Below are positions 10,346-19,114 of a stretch of 24,188 bases of DNA, piece after piece. Position numbers and translations under genes: made by a program. The DNA is from a virus (lineage: Duplodnaviria; Heunggongvirae; Uroviricota; Caudoviricetes), in the IMG/VR virus record IMGVR_UViG_2531839374_000011; one strand, 5' to 3'. Every line of letters starts with the position of its first letter. Position 1 is the first letter of the stretch. The notes under the pieces were generated by a model. That model had not been told where the DNA came from. It made no database searches and saw nothing but the letters and a program-made list of their open reading frames with translations.

Positions 10346-11227
10346 ATGAAATGGGCAATTGAAATGAATAAATTAAAAAGACCTGTTTTTAAAGATTATT
10401 CTGCATTTAAAAAACTATCTGCAAATAAGAGATTAAAACATCATTCTGTTCTGAATGGACAGGATACATTTATACTTAATGCATATAGATCGTACATAAA
10501 GAATAAAGGGTATCTTAATGTCAATTCTTGTGGCGTATTGAGTAACAATATTGCTGAAGCTTTGAGATATTATTATAACAATCCCGCAAAGTGTTTATCT
10601 ATAATTGATGATATAAGAGCAGCTAATTCTAACTCTCTATGTCCAATGTGTGGTTCAATGCATAGCGGGACTTTGGATCATGTTTTACCCAAGGAAAACT
10701 ATCCAGAATTTTCTTTATTCACTAAGAATTTGGTTCCTGCTTGCAAATGTAATACTTTCAAAAGTACTACTATAGCTAATTCTGCAGGCCATCGGATGCT
10801 GCATCCATATTTTGATAATATATTAAAACAAAGATTAATATGTGCTAATTTTTCTAAATTAGGGCGAACACCTACAATTGATGTAAAAATCATAATTGAC
10901 CCAATGTCACCAGAATATAACAATGTTAAGTATCATCTTGATAATGTTGTTATCAAGAATAATATTAAGGGGTATTTGTCTGAACAATGGGAGTCGTTTT
11001 ACTTATATCCTGAGCTTGTTATTAGAGGACTGAATAAGAGTCTTTCTACTTATAGCGATGTATATGAGTTGTTGACTCGCGAGTTGTTGCTGTTGGATGA
11101 AAAACATAAAGGTAAAAATAATTGGAATTCGGTTTTTGTAGCTGGGTTAATTCGACCTGATGTGATTAGGTGGATACTCTGTGAATTACATTTAGGTAAC
11201 AGAAGTCCAGACGGTCGTCTCATATGA
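10346..11227 (+). CDS. HNH-motif nuclease (293 aa from ATG 10346; alternative start at 10364); candidate defence effector
   Basis: CPMCGSMHSGTLDHVLPKENYPEFSLFTKNLVPACKCN = CxxC...DH...N...CxC pattern typical of Zn-bound HNH/His-Me finger nucleases; same AT-rich composition and orientation as the upstream ATPase. Confidence 0.7.
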   Translation: MKWAIEMNKLKRPVFKDYSAFKKLSANKRLKHHSVLNGQDTFILNAYRSYIKNKGYLNVNSCGVLSNNIAEALRYYYNNPAKCLSIIDDIRAANSNSLCPMCGSMHSGTLDHVLPKENYPEFSLFTKNLVPACKCNTFKSTTIANSAGHRMLHPYFDNILKQRLICANFSKLGRTPTIDVKIIIDPMSPEYNNVKYHLDNVVIKNNIKGYLSEQWESFYLYPELVIRGLNKSLSTYSDVYELLTRELLLLDEKHKGKNNWNSVFVAGLIRPDVIRWILCELHLGNRSPDGRLI

Positions 11228-11237
11228 TTTTTTGCAT

Positions 11238-11263
11238 CTTCAGCGTGTATCTGCACGCTGAAG
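11238..11263. repeat. Perfect 10-bp inverted repeat hairpin (CTTCAGCGTG-TATCTG-CACGCTGAAG) just after the HNH gene
   Basis: Seen directly; T6 run precedes rather than follows it on the + strand, so it is not a canonical intrinsic terminator. Confidence 0.4.
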
Positions 11264-11333
11264 AAATTCATAAAAACTGCTGGCTATTAATAAATTTTTT
11301 AGCTGTGTTAAAGAACCTCATTTAGTGATTACG

Positions 11334-12367
11334 TTAAGTAGCTAGTTTATAACTATCAAATTTAACAATGTTCTCACTTACCAATTTATTTATTTCCATC
11401 ATTCTTTTTTGTAACGGTATTAACTCGTTACGTACAAACTCCAGGCTCGCCTTCTCCACATCCCCAAACCCCCGACATTATTAGGCATAATCCCCATCAT
11501 TTGCGGTGGCACACGATGCGCCGCCATCATGTCATCCCGGCTCACGTTCTTGATGTTCAGAAACTCATCCTTCGCCGCGACTTCTGACAACGGGATGATC
11601 TGAAGCCCGTCCTTTTTGCCGTTAGGCGAGTACATAAACAGATTGCGGAAGTTACCTGGTCCTTTGGCGCTTTTCATCGCATTGCGGAGGTTGTTCACAT
11701 CCTCCTGGTTTTGCGCGGCATCGGTCATGTACATGATGAAGCCTGCATGACTGCCGTTAATGTAATACTATCGGCGGAACAGCGTGGCGGACTCGTTGAG
11801 CAGGGCTGACGGAATGGCAGAAAGGTAACCTGGCAGGCCGTAGATCTCTTGGTTGATGTCCGGTTCCATCAGATGAAAGATGCTTCCTTTCGTGAACTGA
11901 TACGGCTGCGTGGTCATGCCGTATTGCACAAACCAGTAGGTATCCAGGTCTAATCCGCGTCGGGTGTATTTTGCCAGAGCAGGCTCAAGAGCGATGACCT
12001 CTCCGAACCGGTTTGTGCGTTTCTCCAGGTAAGCGTTACCAAATACCAGATAATCCTGCACAAAACGTGAAAAAGCCTGCTGGCTGAGCAGCGGGTGAGG
12101 GATGTAGGTACTGATCAGAATGTTGCATTTCACCGCAATTGGTGAACTGTGATGCACGGCGGCGCGGAAGGTGCGCGCCAGTCCGTCAAAACTCACTGGC
12201 GGCTCATACCAGCGATCTGTCTGTACGCATTCCACATAGTCCAGTAGTTCACGGCGGTCCAGAACCGGAACGGGATCGCCGAAGCTGAATGCTTCGGCTG
12301 AAGTCTGGTTTTTATGCTGGGTCTGTTTCGTCGCCGCAGCGCGGTTCTTCTTACTCTTTCCCATCAA
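11334..12367 (-). pseudogene. Portal protein (P2 gpQ family) with in-frame TAG at 11768-11770 and a -1 frameshift in a G4 run at 11463-11466
   Basis: Track ORFs 11768..12367 and 11420..11734 are in the same frame separated by TAG (...ATLFRR*YYINGSHAG...); after ...NNVGGLG the native-looking continuation GDVEKASLEFVRNELIPLQ... is in another frame reachable by adding one G; restored length would be about 344 aa. Confidence 0.8.
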
Positions 12368-14130
12368 AAAATCTCCACAATATTGCTGGTATTGGCGGAC
12401 TCGCCCTGCAGCGGTTCGTTAAACAGTGCGTGCATTGTTGCCCAGGCCAGATCGGCATGGCTGGCTTCTTCGCTGCGGCTGGCTTCATAGGTCGGGCGGT
12501 TGCCGCTGGCGGTGGTGGCGCGACGGATTGCCATGAATGACTGCGCAATGTCGGTGTGCCCGGCGTCAAACTCAAGACGGCGGTGGCTGATAATGTCGTA
12601 GGCCTTGAGTACCAGGGCGTTTTTAACGTTGGGGTTGTAGACAAACTCCCGGACGGCAGGAAAAAACGCTTTCACGTTCTCGTAAACCCCGTGACCAACG
12701 CCGGTTGAGTCGATGCCGATATAGGTCACGTTGTACTGTTCAGTCAGTTTTTTGATGGCGTCAGCCTGGGCGCGAAAGTCCATTCCGCGCCACTGGTGAC
12801 GCTCAAGAATGCGGAACTTACCGCCTGGCACGGCTGGCGGTGCCACCACCACGCATCCGGCGCTGTCGCCGTTCTGCGTACCTTTTGCCGGGTCATAACC
12901 GATCCACACTTCGCGCCAGCCAAACGGGCGCAGGGCCAGTGCATGAAAGTCGGTCCAGACTTCCCAGCTGTCCACCATGCACGCCTGCAATTCGCTGAGC
13001 GGGAACACGGACGCGAGATCGTCCACGAACTCGCACATCAGCAGGTTCTGGTATTCGTCAGGGCTGTACTCCATGCGCAACTGGTCAAGGTCGAACAGGT
13101 TACAGGCGCCGCGCACCGCATCTTCCACGGTGACTATCTGGCGGTATTGCCCGTCTGCGCACAGCAGGCCGGGGGCCAGATTGCTGTGGGACAGGTCGAT
13201 GTCCACCTTGTCAGCTTTGTTGCGCCCACGGTTGAACAGCGCACCGGACCAGAACGGATAAGCACTGTGGGTCAGACTGGATGGTGTGGAAAAATAGGTC
13301 TGCCGCCATTTCTTGTGAATAGCCATACCGGAAGCCACTTTGCGTAGCTCCTGAAATTTCGGTATCCAGAAATATTCATCCAGATACAGGTTACCGTGAT
13401 AACTCTGGGCAGTGCGGGCATTGGTGCCGAGGAAATACAGTGTGGCCCCGTTGGGAAGCACCATCGGATCGCCTTTCAGCTCCACCTCCACTTCTTTGGC
13501 AAAGTCGATGATGTACTGTTTGAAGACGTGGGCCTGTGCCTTACTGGCAGAAAGGAAAATCTGGTTACGTCCGGTAAGCAGGGCGTCAATCAGGGCTTCA
13601 CGGGCAAAATAGAAGGTCGCGCCGATCTGGCGTGACTTCAGCAGGTTGCGGATGCGGTTGGTTTTTCCGGCTTCCCACCAGTGGCGCTGGTAGTTGAACA
13701 TGGAGGAATGGAAAATTTTTTCCAGCTTCTCAATCTGGTCATCGGTGAAAACATTCTTTTCAGGCTGACGGCGTGGGCCTTTGTTGCGGTTGGCGACGTT
13801 AGGGTTTAAGTCGGCTTCGTTGCCGCCATTGTTAAACTTGCCGATCCGCGCGTGGCGCTCAGACTGGCGCGCCAGCAGGTCAATCTCTTTGAAATCTTTC
13901 CCTTCTTTGTGCTCCTTCATGATGAGCTGGCAGTAGCGTGCGGCGGTGGTGAGCTGCATCTGATCCAGAGGCCCATAGTCACCCCACTTGTCGCGTTTTT
14001 TCCAGCTGTGAACGGTTGCAACTTTCTCGCCCAGCATTTCAGCAATGCGGGCTACGCGGTATCCCTGAAAGTACAGCAGCATGGCCTGCCGACGGGGATC
14101 GAGATCTGCGGGTGTCAGTGTGGTGTTCAT
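12364..14130 (-). CDS. Terminase large (ATPase) subunit, P2 gpP family (588 aa)
   Basis: Size, position upstream of the portal gene on the leftward late operon, divergent from the O-N-M operon; terminase-like sequence. Confidence 0.85.
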   Translation of the reverse strand: MNTTLTPADLDPRRQAMLLYFQGYRVARIAEMLGEKVATVHSWKKRDKWGDYGPLDQMQLTTAARYCQLIMKEHKEGKDFKEIDLLARQSERHARIGKFNNGGNEADLNPNVANRNKGPRRQPEKNVFTDDQIEKLEKIFHSSMFNYQRHWWEAGKTNRIRNLLKSRQIGATFYFAREALIDALLTGRNQIFLSASKAQAHVFKQYIIDFAKEVEVELKGDPMVLPNGATLYFLGTNARTAQSYHGNLYLDEYFWIPKFQELRKVASGMAIHKKWRQTYFSTPSSLTHSAYPFWSGALFNRGRNKADKVDIDLSHSNLAPGLLCADGQYRQIVTVEDAVRGACNLFDLDQLRMEYSPDEYQNLLMCEFVDDLASVFPLSELQACMVDSWEVWTDFHALALRPFGWREVWIGYDPAKGTQNGDSAGCVVVAPPAVPGGKFRILERHQWRGMDFRAQADAIKKLTEQYNVTYIGIDSTGVGHGVYENVKAFFPAVREFVYNPNVKNALVLKAYDIISHRRLEFDAGHTDIAQSFMAIRRATTASGNRPTYEASRSEEASHADLAWATMHALFNEPLQGESANTSNIVEIF

Positions 14131-14176
14131 GGCACAAACCTACAGCCTTGAATGAAGGCTTTCCCCGCCTGCGGTT

Positions 14177-14194
14177 TGTGTGGTTGTCGGTACA
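14177..14194. promoter_or_regulatory. TGT-N12-ACA dyad, candidate Ogr/Delta-dependent late promoter element (upstream of gpO)
   Basis: TGTgtggttgtcggtACA in the divergent P/O intergenic region, about 80 bp upstream of the scaffold gene start; consensus recalled from P2 late promoters. Confidence 0.4.
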
Positions 14195-14272
14195 AATACC
14201 GCGCATTGTTTCACTGCCCCTATCACCGCAACCATAAGGCTCCAGTAAGTTTTTTCTAACGGAGCACGGCTC

Positions 14273-15106
14273 ATGACAGTGAAAGCAAAGCGTTTTCGCA
14301 TCGGGGTGGAAGGTGCCACCACCGACGGACGCGAAATCCAGCGTGAATGGCTGGAACAGATGGCAGCCAGCTATAACCCGGCGGTGTATACCGCGCTGAT
14401 TAACCTTGAGCACATCAAGTCTTATCTGCCGGACAGCACCTTTAACCGCTACGGCAAGGTGACGGCGCTGTTTGCTGAAGAAATCACGGAAGGTCCGCTG
14501 GCAGGCAAGATGGCGCTGTATGCTGACGTTGAGCCAACGGAGTCCCTGGTGGAACTGGTGAAAAAAGGCCAGAAATTATTCACCTTTATGGAAGTCAGCC
14601 CGAAGTTCGCTGATACGGGCAAAGCCTACCTGGTCGGCCTGGCTGCCACTGATGACCCTGCCAGTCTGGGCACTGAAATGCTGACATTCAGCGCCAGTGC
14701 AGCCCATAACCCGCTGGCAAACCGCAAGCAGAATCCCGCCAATCTCTTTACCGCCGCAGAGGAAACGGTGATCGAACTGGAAGAAGTCCAGGACGACAAA
14801 CCGTCCCTGTTTGCCCGCGTCACGGCGCTGTTTACCAAAAAAGAGCAGTCCGATGACGCCCGGTTCTCTGATGTGCATAAGGCCGTGGAGCTGGTCGCCA
14901 CTGAGCAGCAGAACCTGAGCGCACGCACCGAAAAATCCCTGTCTGAGCAGGAAGAACGCCTGTCTGAGCTGGAGACTGCCCTGCAGGCACAGCAAACCGC
15001 CTTTAACGAACTGGTGGACAAGCTGAGTCATGAAGACAGCCGCCAGGACTACCGCCAGCGTGCAACAGGCGGTAACGCCCCCGCTGACACTCTGACCAAT
15101 TGCTGA
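14273..15106 (+). CDS. Capsid scaffolding protein (P2 gpO family)
   Basis: Position and size (277 aa) first in the rightward head operon; acidic C-terminal coiled-coil-like region. Confidence 0.8.
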   Translation: MTVKAKRFRIGVEGATTDGREIQREWLEQMAASYNPAVYTALINLEHIKSYLPDSTFNRYGKVTALFAEEITEGPLAGKMALYADVEPTESLVELVKKGQKLFTFMEVSPKFADTGKAYLVGLAATDDPASLGTEMLTFSASAAHNPLANRKQNPANLFTAAEETVIELEEVQDDKPSLFARVTALFTKKEQSDDARFSDVHKAVELVATEQQNLSARTEKSLSEQEERLSELETALQAQQTAFNELVDKLSHEDSRQDYRQRATGGNAPADTLTNC

Positions 15107-15122
15107 TGGAGCACAAAACCTG

Positions 15123-16181
15123 ATGAAGAAGAATACCCGCTTTGCTTTTAACGCTTACCTGCAGCAACTGGCGCGTCTGAACGGTGTGGCAGTTGAAGAA
15201 CTGTCCAGCAAGTTCACCGTAGAGCCGTCCGTGCAGCAGACGCTGGAAGACCAGATCCAGCAGTCCGCCGCTTTCCTGACTCTGATTAACGTCACGCCAG
15301 TGACTGAGCAGTCCGGTCAGCTGCTGGGGTTGGGAGTTGGCAGCACCATTGCCGGAACCACTGATACCACTGCGAAAGAGCGTGAACCTGTCGATCCGAC
15401 GCTGATGGTCGATGTGGAATATAAATGCGAGCAGACCAACTTTGACACGGTGCTGACCTACGCGAAGCTGGACCTGTGGGCGAAGTTTCAGGATTTTCAG
15501 GTGCGTATCCGTGACGCCATCGTGAAACGTCAGGCACTGGACCGCATCATGATCGGCTTTAATGGCGTGAAGCGTGCGAAAACCTCCAACCGTAGCGAAA
15601 ACCCGCTGCTGCAGGATGTGAATAAAGGCTGGCTGCAGAAAATCCGTGAGGATGCACCGGATCACGTCATGGGCAGCACCACCACGGGCGGTGAAACCAC
15701 ACCGGGCGCAGTGAAAGTCGGGAAAGGTGGCGAATATGCCAACCTGGACGCCGTGGTGATGGATGCCGTCAATGAGCTTATCGACGTGGTCTACCAGGAC
15801 GATGACGATCTGGTGGTGATTTGCGGTCGTGAACTGCTGTCTGACAAGTATTTCCCGCTGGTCAACAAAGAGCAGGAAAACAGTGAAAAACTGGCTGCCG
15901 ATATGATCATCAGTCAGAAACGCATGGGTGGCCTGCAGGCCGTGCGTGCGCCGTTCTTCCCGCCGAATGCGCTGCTGATCACCCGTCTGGATAACCTGTC
16001 CATCTACTGGCAGGAAGACACCCGCCGCCGTTCAGTTATCGACAACCCGAAACGTGACCGGATTGAAAACTTTGAATCCGTTAACGAAGCCTATGTGGTT
16101 GAGGACTACCGCTGCGCCGCACTGGTGGAAAACATCCAGATTAGTGATTTCAGCGCCGCCGCAGCCGAAACCGGAGCGTAA
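15123..16181 (+). CDS. Major capsid protein (P2 gpN family)
   Basis: 352 aa immediately after the scaffold gene; P2-type head gene order O-N-M-L. Confidence 0.85.
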   Translation: MKKNTRFAFNAYLQQLARLNGVAVEELSSKFTVEPSVQQTLEDQIQQSAAFLTLINVTPVTEQSGQLLGLGVGSTIAGTTDTTAKEREPVDPTLMVDVEYKCEQTNFDTVLTYAKLDLWAKFQDFQVRIRDAIVKRQALDRIMIGFNGVKRAKTSNRSENPLLQDVNKGWLQKIREDAPDHVMGSTTTGGETTPGAVKVGKGGEYANLDAVVMDAVNELIDVVYQDDDDLVVICGRELLSDKYFPLVNKEQENSEKLAADMIISQKRMGGLQAVRAPFFPPNALLITRLDNLSIYWQEDTRRRSVIDNPKRDRIENFESVNEAYVVEDYRCAALVENIQISDFSAAAAETGA

Positions 16182-16184
16182 TCC

Positions 16185-16835
16185 ATGAGCCTGAGTCCCG
16201 CACGGCAGCATCGCCTGCGCGTTCAGGCTGAACAGGCCGTCCGTGAGGGTGGCAGTGTTCGCCACGCATCGGGCTATGACCTGATGCTGCTGCAACTGGC
16301 GGAAGACCGCCGCCGTCTCAAGGGCGTTCAGTCCACGGTCAAAAAAGCGGAAATCAAAGTGGAGCTGCTGCCGAAGTACGCCGCCTGGGCGGAGGGTGTC
16401 CTGGCTGCCGGAGGCGCTCAACAGGATGACGTGCTGATGTACGTGATGTTGTGGCGCATTGATGCCGGAGATTATGCCGGGGCGCTGGAGATCGGGCGTC
16501 ATGCCCTGCGTCATGGATGGGTGATGCCGCTGGGCAACCGCAACGTGCAGACCGTGCTGACAGAGGAAATGGCAGATGCAGCGCAGAGCGCAATGCTTGC
16601 CGCCACCGGCTTTGATGCCGATCTGTTGCTGCAGACGCTGGAGCTGACAGACGGTCTGGATATGCCGGACCAGTCACGGGCACGTCTGCATAAAGCGATT
16701 GGCGCGGTCCTGAGTGAAAGCAATCCGGCTTCCGCCCTTAATCATCTCAACCATGCGTTACAGCTCGATCCCCGCTGTGGCGTGAAAAAAGACAAACAGC
16801 AGCTGGAGCGCAGACTGCGCAATGACAGCCGCTGA
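16185..16835 (+). CDS. Terminase small (endonuclease) subunit (P2 gpM family)
   Basis: 216 aa, third gene of the O-N-M-L operon. Confidence 0.8.
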   Translation: MSLSPARQHRLRVQAEQAVREGGSVRHASGYDLMLLQLAEDRRRLKGVQSTVKKAEIKVELLPKYAAWAEGVLAAGGAQQDDVLMYVMLWRIDAGDYAGALEIGRHALRHGWVMPLGNRNVQTVLTEEMADAAQSAMLAATGFDADLLLQTLELTDGLDMPDQSRARLHKAIGAVLSESNPASALNHLNHALQLDPRCGVKKDKQQLERRLRNDSR

Positions 16836-16930
16836 CAGAACGTGCCCCCGCGCACGGGCGGCACGGGGTGGCGAAAGGCACAGCCACATCAAAACCCCGT
16901 CCACCGCCCTTTATTTCAGGAGAAAGCAGC

Positions 16931-17395
16931 ATGAAGTTTGTTGCGCCAGAACAGGCACCGGAACAGGCGGAAATCATTAGAAATACGCCGTTCTGGCCTG
17001 ATGTGGACCTGTCGGAGTTTCGCAGTGTCATGCGCACTGACGGCACGGTGACGCAGCCGCGTTTAAAGCAGGTTGCACTGTCGGCAATTTCGGAGGTTAA
17101 CGCAGAGCTGTATGAGTTTCGCAGACGCCAGCAGATGCTGGGGTATGCGTCGCTGGCTGAGGTTCCGGCGGAACAGCTGGACGGGAAAAGTGAGCGCATT
17201 CAGCACTATTTCAACGCGGTTTACTGCTGGGCTCGCGCCATGCTCAACGAACGTTTCCAGGACTATGACGCCACGGCATCCGGTGCGAAGCGGGGCGAAG
17301 AACTGGCGGAAGCAAGCGGTGATTTGTGGCGTGACGCCCGCTGGGCCATCAGCCGGGTGCAGGACGCGCCGCACTGCACAGTGGAGCTTATCTGA
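16931..17395 (+). CDS. Head completion/stabilisation protein (P2 gpL family)
   Basis: ATG at 16931 with AGGAG RBS; the track ORF 16868..17395 starts earlier at an alternative codon. Confidence 0.75.
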   Translation: MKFVAPEQAPEQAEIIRNTPFWPDVDLSEFRSVMRTDGTVTQPRLKQVALSAISEVNAELYEFRRRQQMLGYASLAEVPAEQLDGKSERIQHYFNAVYCWARAMLNERFQDYDATASGAKRGEELAEASGDLWRDARWAISRVQDAPHCTVELI

Positions 17396-17598
17396 TGAAA
17401 GTGCGTGCGCATCAGTATGACACGGTGGACGCGCTTTGCTGGCGTCATTACGGGCGCACGCAGGGTGTCACGGAGCAGGTACTGAAGGCAAATCCGGGGC
17501 TTGCCGAATACGGCCCCTTTTTACCTCACGGGCTGCAGGTGGAGCTGCCGGACATTCCGACCACCACCACCGTGCAGACCGTCCAGCTATGGGACTGA
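17395..17598 (+). CDS. Tail protein X (P2 gpX family, 67 aa)
   Basis: Size and position; start overlaps the gpL stop (TGATG). Confidence 0.75.
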   Translation: MKVRAHQYDTVDALCWRHYGRTQGVTEQVLKANPGLAEYGPFLPHGLQVELPDIPTTTTVQTVQLWD

Positions 17599-17601
17599 AT
17601 T

Positions 17602-17817
17602 ATGACGCTTGAGCGAATCAGCGCCTTTATCACGTATTGCATCGCCGTCGTGCTGGCCTGGCTGGGCGATTTGTCCATCAAGGATGCCTCAACGCTGGGC
17701 GGCCTGATGATTGGTGTGCTGATGCTGGCTATCAACTGGTACTACAAACACAAAGCCTACCAGCTTCTGCGCGACGGGCAGATCTCGCGGGAGGACTATG
17801 AATCCATCAATCGTTAA
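17602..17817 (+). CDS. Holin, probably pinholin-type (71 aa, two hydrophobic segments)
   Basis: Two predicted TM helices (ISAFITYCIAVVLAWLG, LGGLMIGVLMLAINWYY), charged C-terminus, immediately upstream of and overlapping a SAR endolysin. Confidence 0.6.
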   Translation: MTLERISAFITYCIAVVLAWLGDLSIKDASTLGGLMIGVLMLAINWYYKHKAYQLLRDGQISREDYESINR

Positions 17818-18310
17818 ACGCTGCCTTGTCGGGGCCGTGCTGGCTATTGCTGCCACGCTGCCGGGTTTTCAGCAGCTTCACACCTCCGTGGAGGGACTGA
17901 AACTGATTGCCGATTACGAAGGTTGTCGTCTGCAGCCGTATCAGTGCAGCGCGGGTGTCTGGACCGACGGTATTGGTAATACGTCGGGCGTCATTCCCGG
18001 CAAAACCATTACGGAGCGACAGGCAGCAGAAGGGCTGATCTCCAACGTGCTGCGTGTGGAGCGGGCGCTGGAAAAGTGTGTGAAGCAACAGCCGCCGCAG
18101 AAGGTGTATGACGCTGCGGTGTCGTTTGCCTTCAACGTGGGTACGGGCAATGCCTGCAGTTCCACGCTGGTGAAATTGCTCAATCAGCGGCGCTGGGCGG
18201 ATGCGTGCCGACAGTTGCCGCGCTGGGTTTATGTGAAAGGTGTTTTTAATCAGGGGCTGGATAACCGCCGTGCGCGGGAGATGGCCTGGTGTTTACAGGG
18301 AGCAAACTGA
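17798..18310 (+). CDS. SAR endolysin (T4-lysozyme-like, phage P21 R type)
   Basis: N-terminal Gly/Ala-rich weakly hydrophobic segment KRCLVGAVLAIAATLPGF followed by E...GVWTDGIGNT catalytic region and FNVGTGN...LPRWVY, matching the recalled P21 R pattern. Confidence 0.85.
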   Translation: MNPSIVKRCLVGAVLAIAATLPGFQQLHTSVEGLKLIADYEGCRLQPYQCSAGVWTDGIGNTSGVIPGKTITERQAAEGLISNVLRVERALEKCVKQQPPQKVYDAAVSFAFNVGTGNACSSTLVKLLNQRRWADACRQLPRWVYVKGVFNQGLDNRRAREMAWCLQGAN

Positions 18311-18311
18311 A

Positions 18312-18689
18312 ATGAAAAAGAAATTAATCAGCGGGCTGTTTCTGATGTTATGGATGGCGCTGTTAATCGCAGCAATGGTGTATCCGCAGGGGATTTTTCC
18401 GGTACTGGCAGCGTCCGGCGTTTGGGTAGCCTGTTTACTGACATGGGCGGTAATTCCGGTAGCACTGGCTTCGTTAATTAAGAATGGCCCGCTCTGGCAG
18501 GAGTTGAGGGCATCTTTACTGAAGACAATTACCCGAAAAGAAAACGTATTTATCAGCTGGGTGATACGATTGCTGATTGTCGTCAGTCTCGCCTGGACGG
18601 GGTGGGCCATTACCCTGGTCTTTTATCTGCTGACCGTTATTGCCTTCTGGATCACCCATAATCAGATGGCGCAACAGGTAGCCGCATGA
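18312..18689 (+). CDS. LysA-like integral membrane lysis-accessory protein (about 125 aa, four hydrophobic helices)
   Basis: ATG at 18312; hydrophobic profile; position after the endolysin as in P2. Confidence 0.6.
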   Translation: MKKKLISGLFLMLWMALLIAAMVYPQGIFPVLAASGVWVACLLTWAVIPVALASLIKNGPLWQELRASLLKTITRKENVFISWVIRLLIVVSLAWTGWAITLVFYLLTVIAFWITHNQMAQQVAA

Positions 18690-19114
18690 ACCGGTTGCTG
18701 CTGGTTGTGCTGGCGTTATTATTGGCGGCGCTGGGCTGGCAGACGTGGCGGCTGGCTGATGCCAGCCAGACCATCAGCACGCAGGCAGACGAGCTGCAGA
18801 GCAAAAGCCAGGCACTGGCAAAGAGCAACAGCCAGCTTATCAGCCTGTCCATTCTGACTGAAACCAATAACCGGGAGCAGGCGCGGCTCTATGCCGAAGC
18901 AGAACAGACCAGTGTACTGCTGAGACAACGACAACGCCGGATTGAGGAACTGAAACGTGAGAACGAGGATTTACGTCGCTGGGCTGATACTCCTTTGCCT
19001 GCTGACATTATCCGGCTGCGGGAACGTCCGGCACTCACCGGAGGTGCAGCTTACCGTCAGTGGTTGTCCGCGAGTGACGCCGTGTCGGCTGGAGCAGGCA
19101 GCGCCGCGCACTAA
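18686..19114 (+). CDS. LysB / Rz-like inner-membrane spanin
   Basis: N-terminal TM helix then coiled-coil-like charged region; an Rz1-like lipoprotein ORF is embedded in the +1 frame. Confidence 0.7.
   Translation: MNRLLLVVLALLLAALGWQTWRLADASQTISTQADELQSKSQALAKSNSQLISLSILTETNNREQARLYAEAEQTSVLLRQRQRRIEELKRENEDLRRWADTPLPADIIRLRERPALTGGAAYRQWLSASDAVSAGAGSAAH

Noticed and set aside
12351-17448. Numerous long ORFs antisense to or overlapping the late genes (e.g. 12351..12644, 12796..13347, 14039..14413, 14576..15031, 15003..15665, 16032..16514, 16354..16683, 16747..17199, 17063..17374)
   Set aside because: They lie within or opposite well-supported structural genes in GC-rich DNA where stop codons are rare by chance; they lack RBS and have low-complexity Ala/Arg/Ser/Pro-rich translations.
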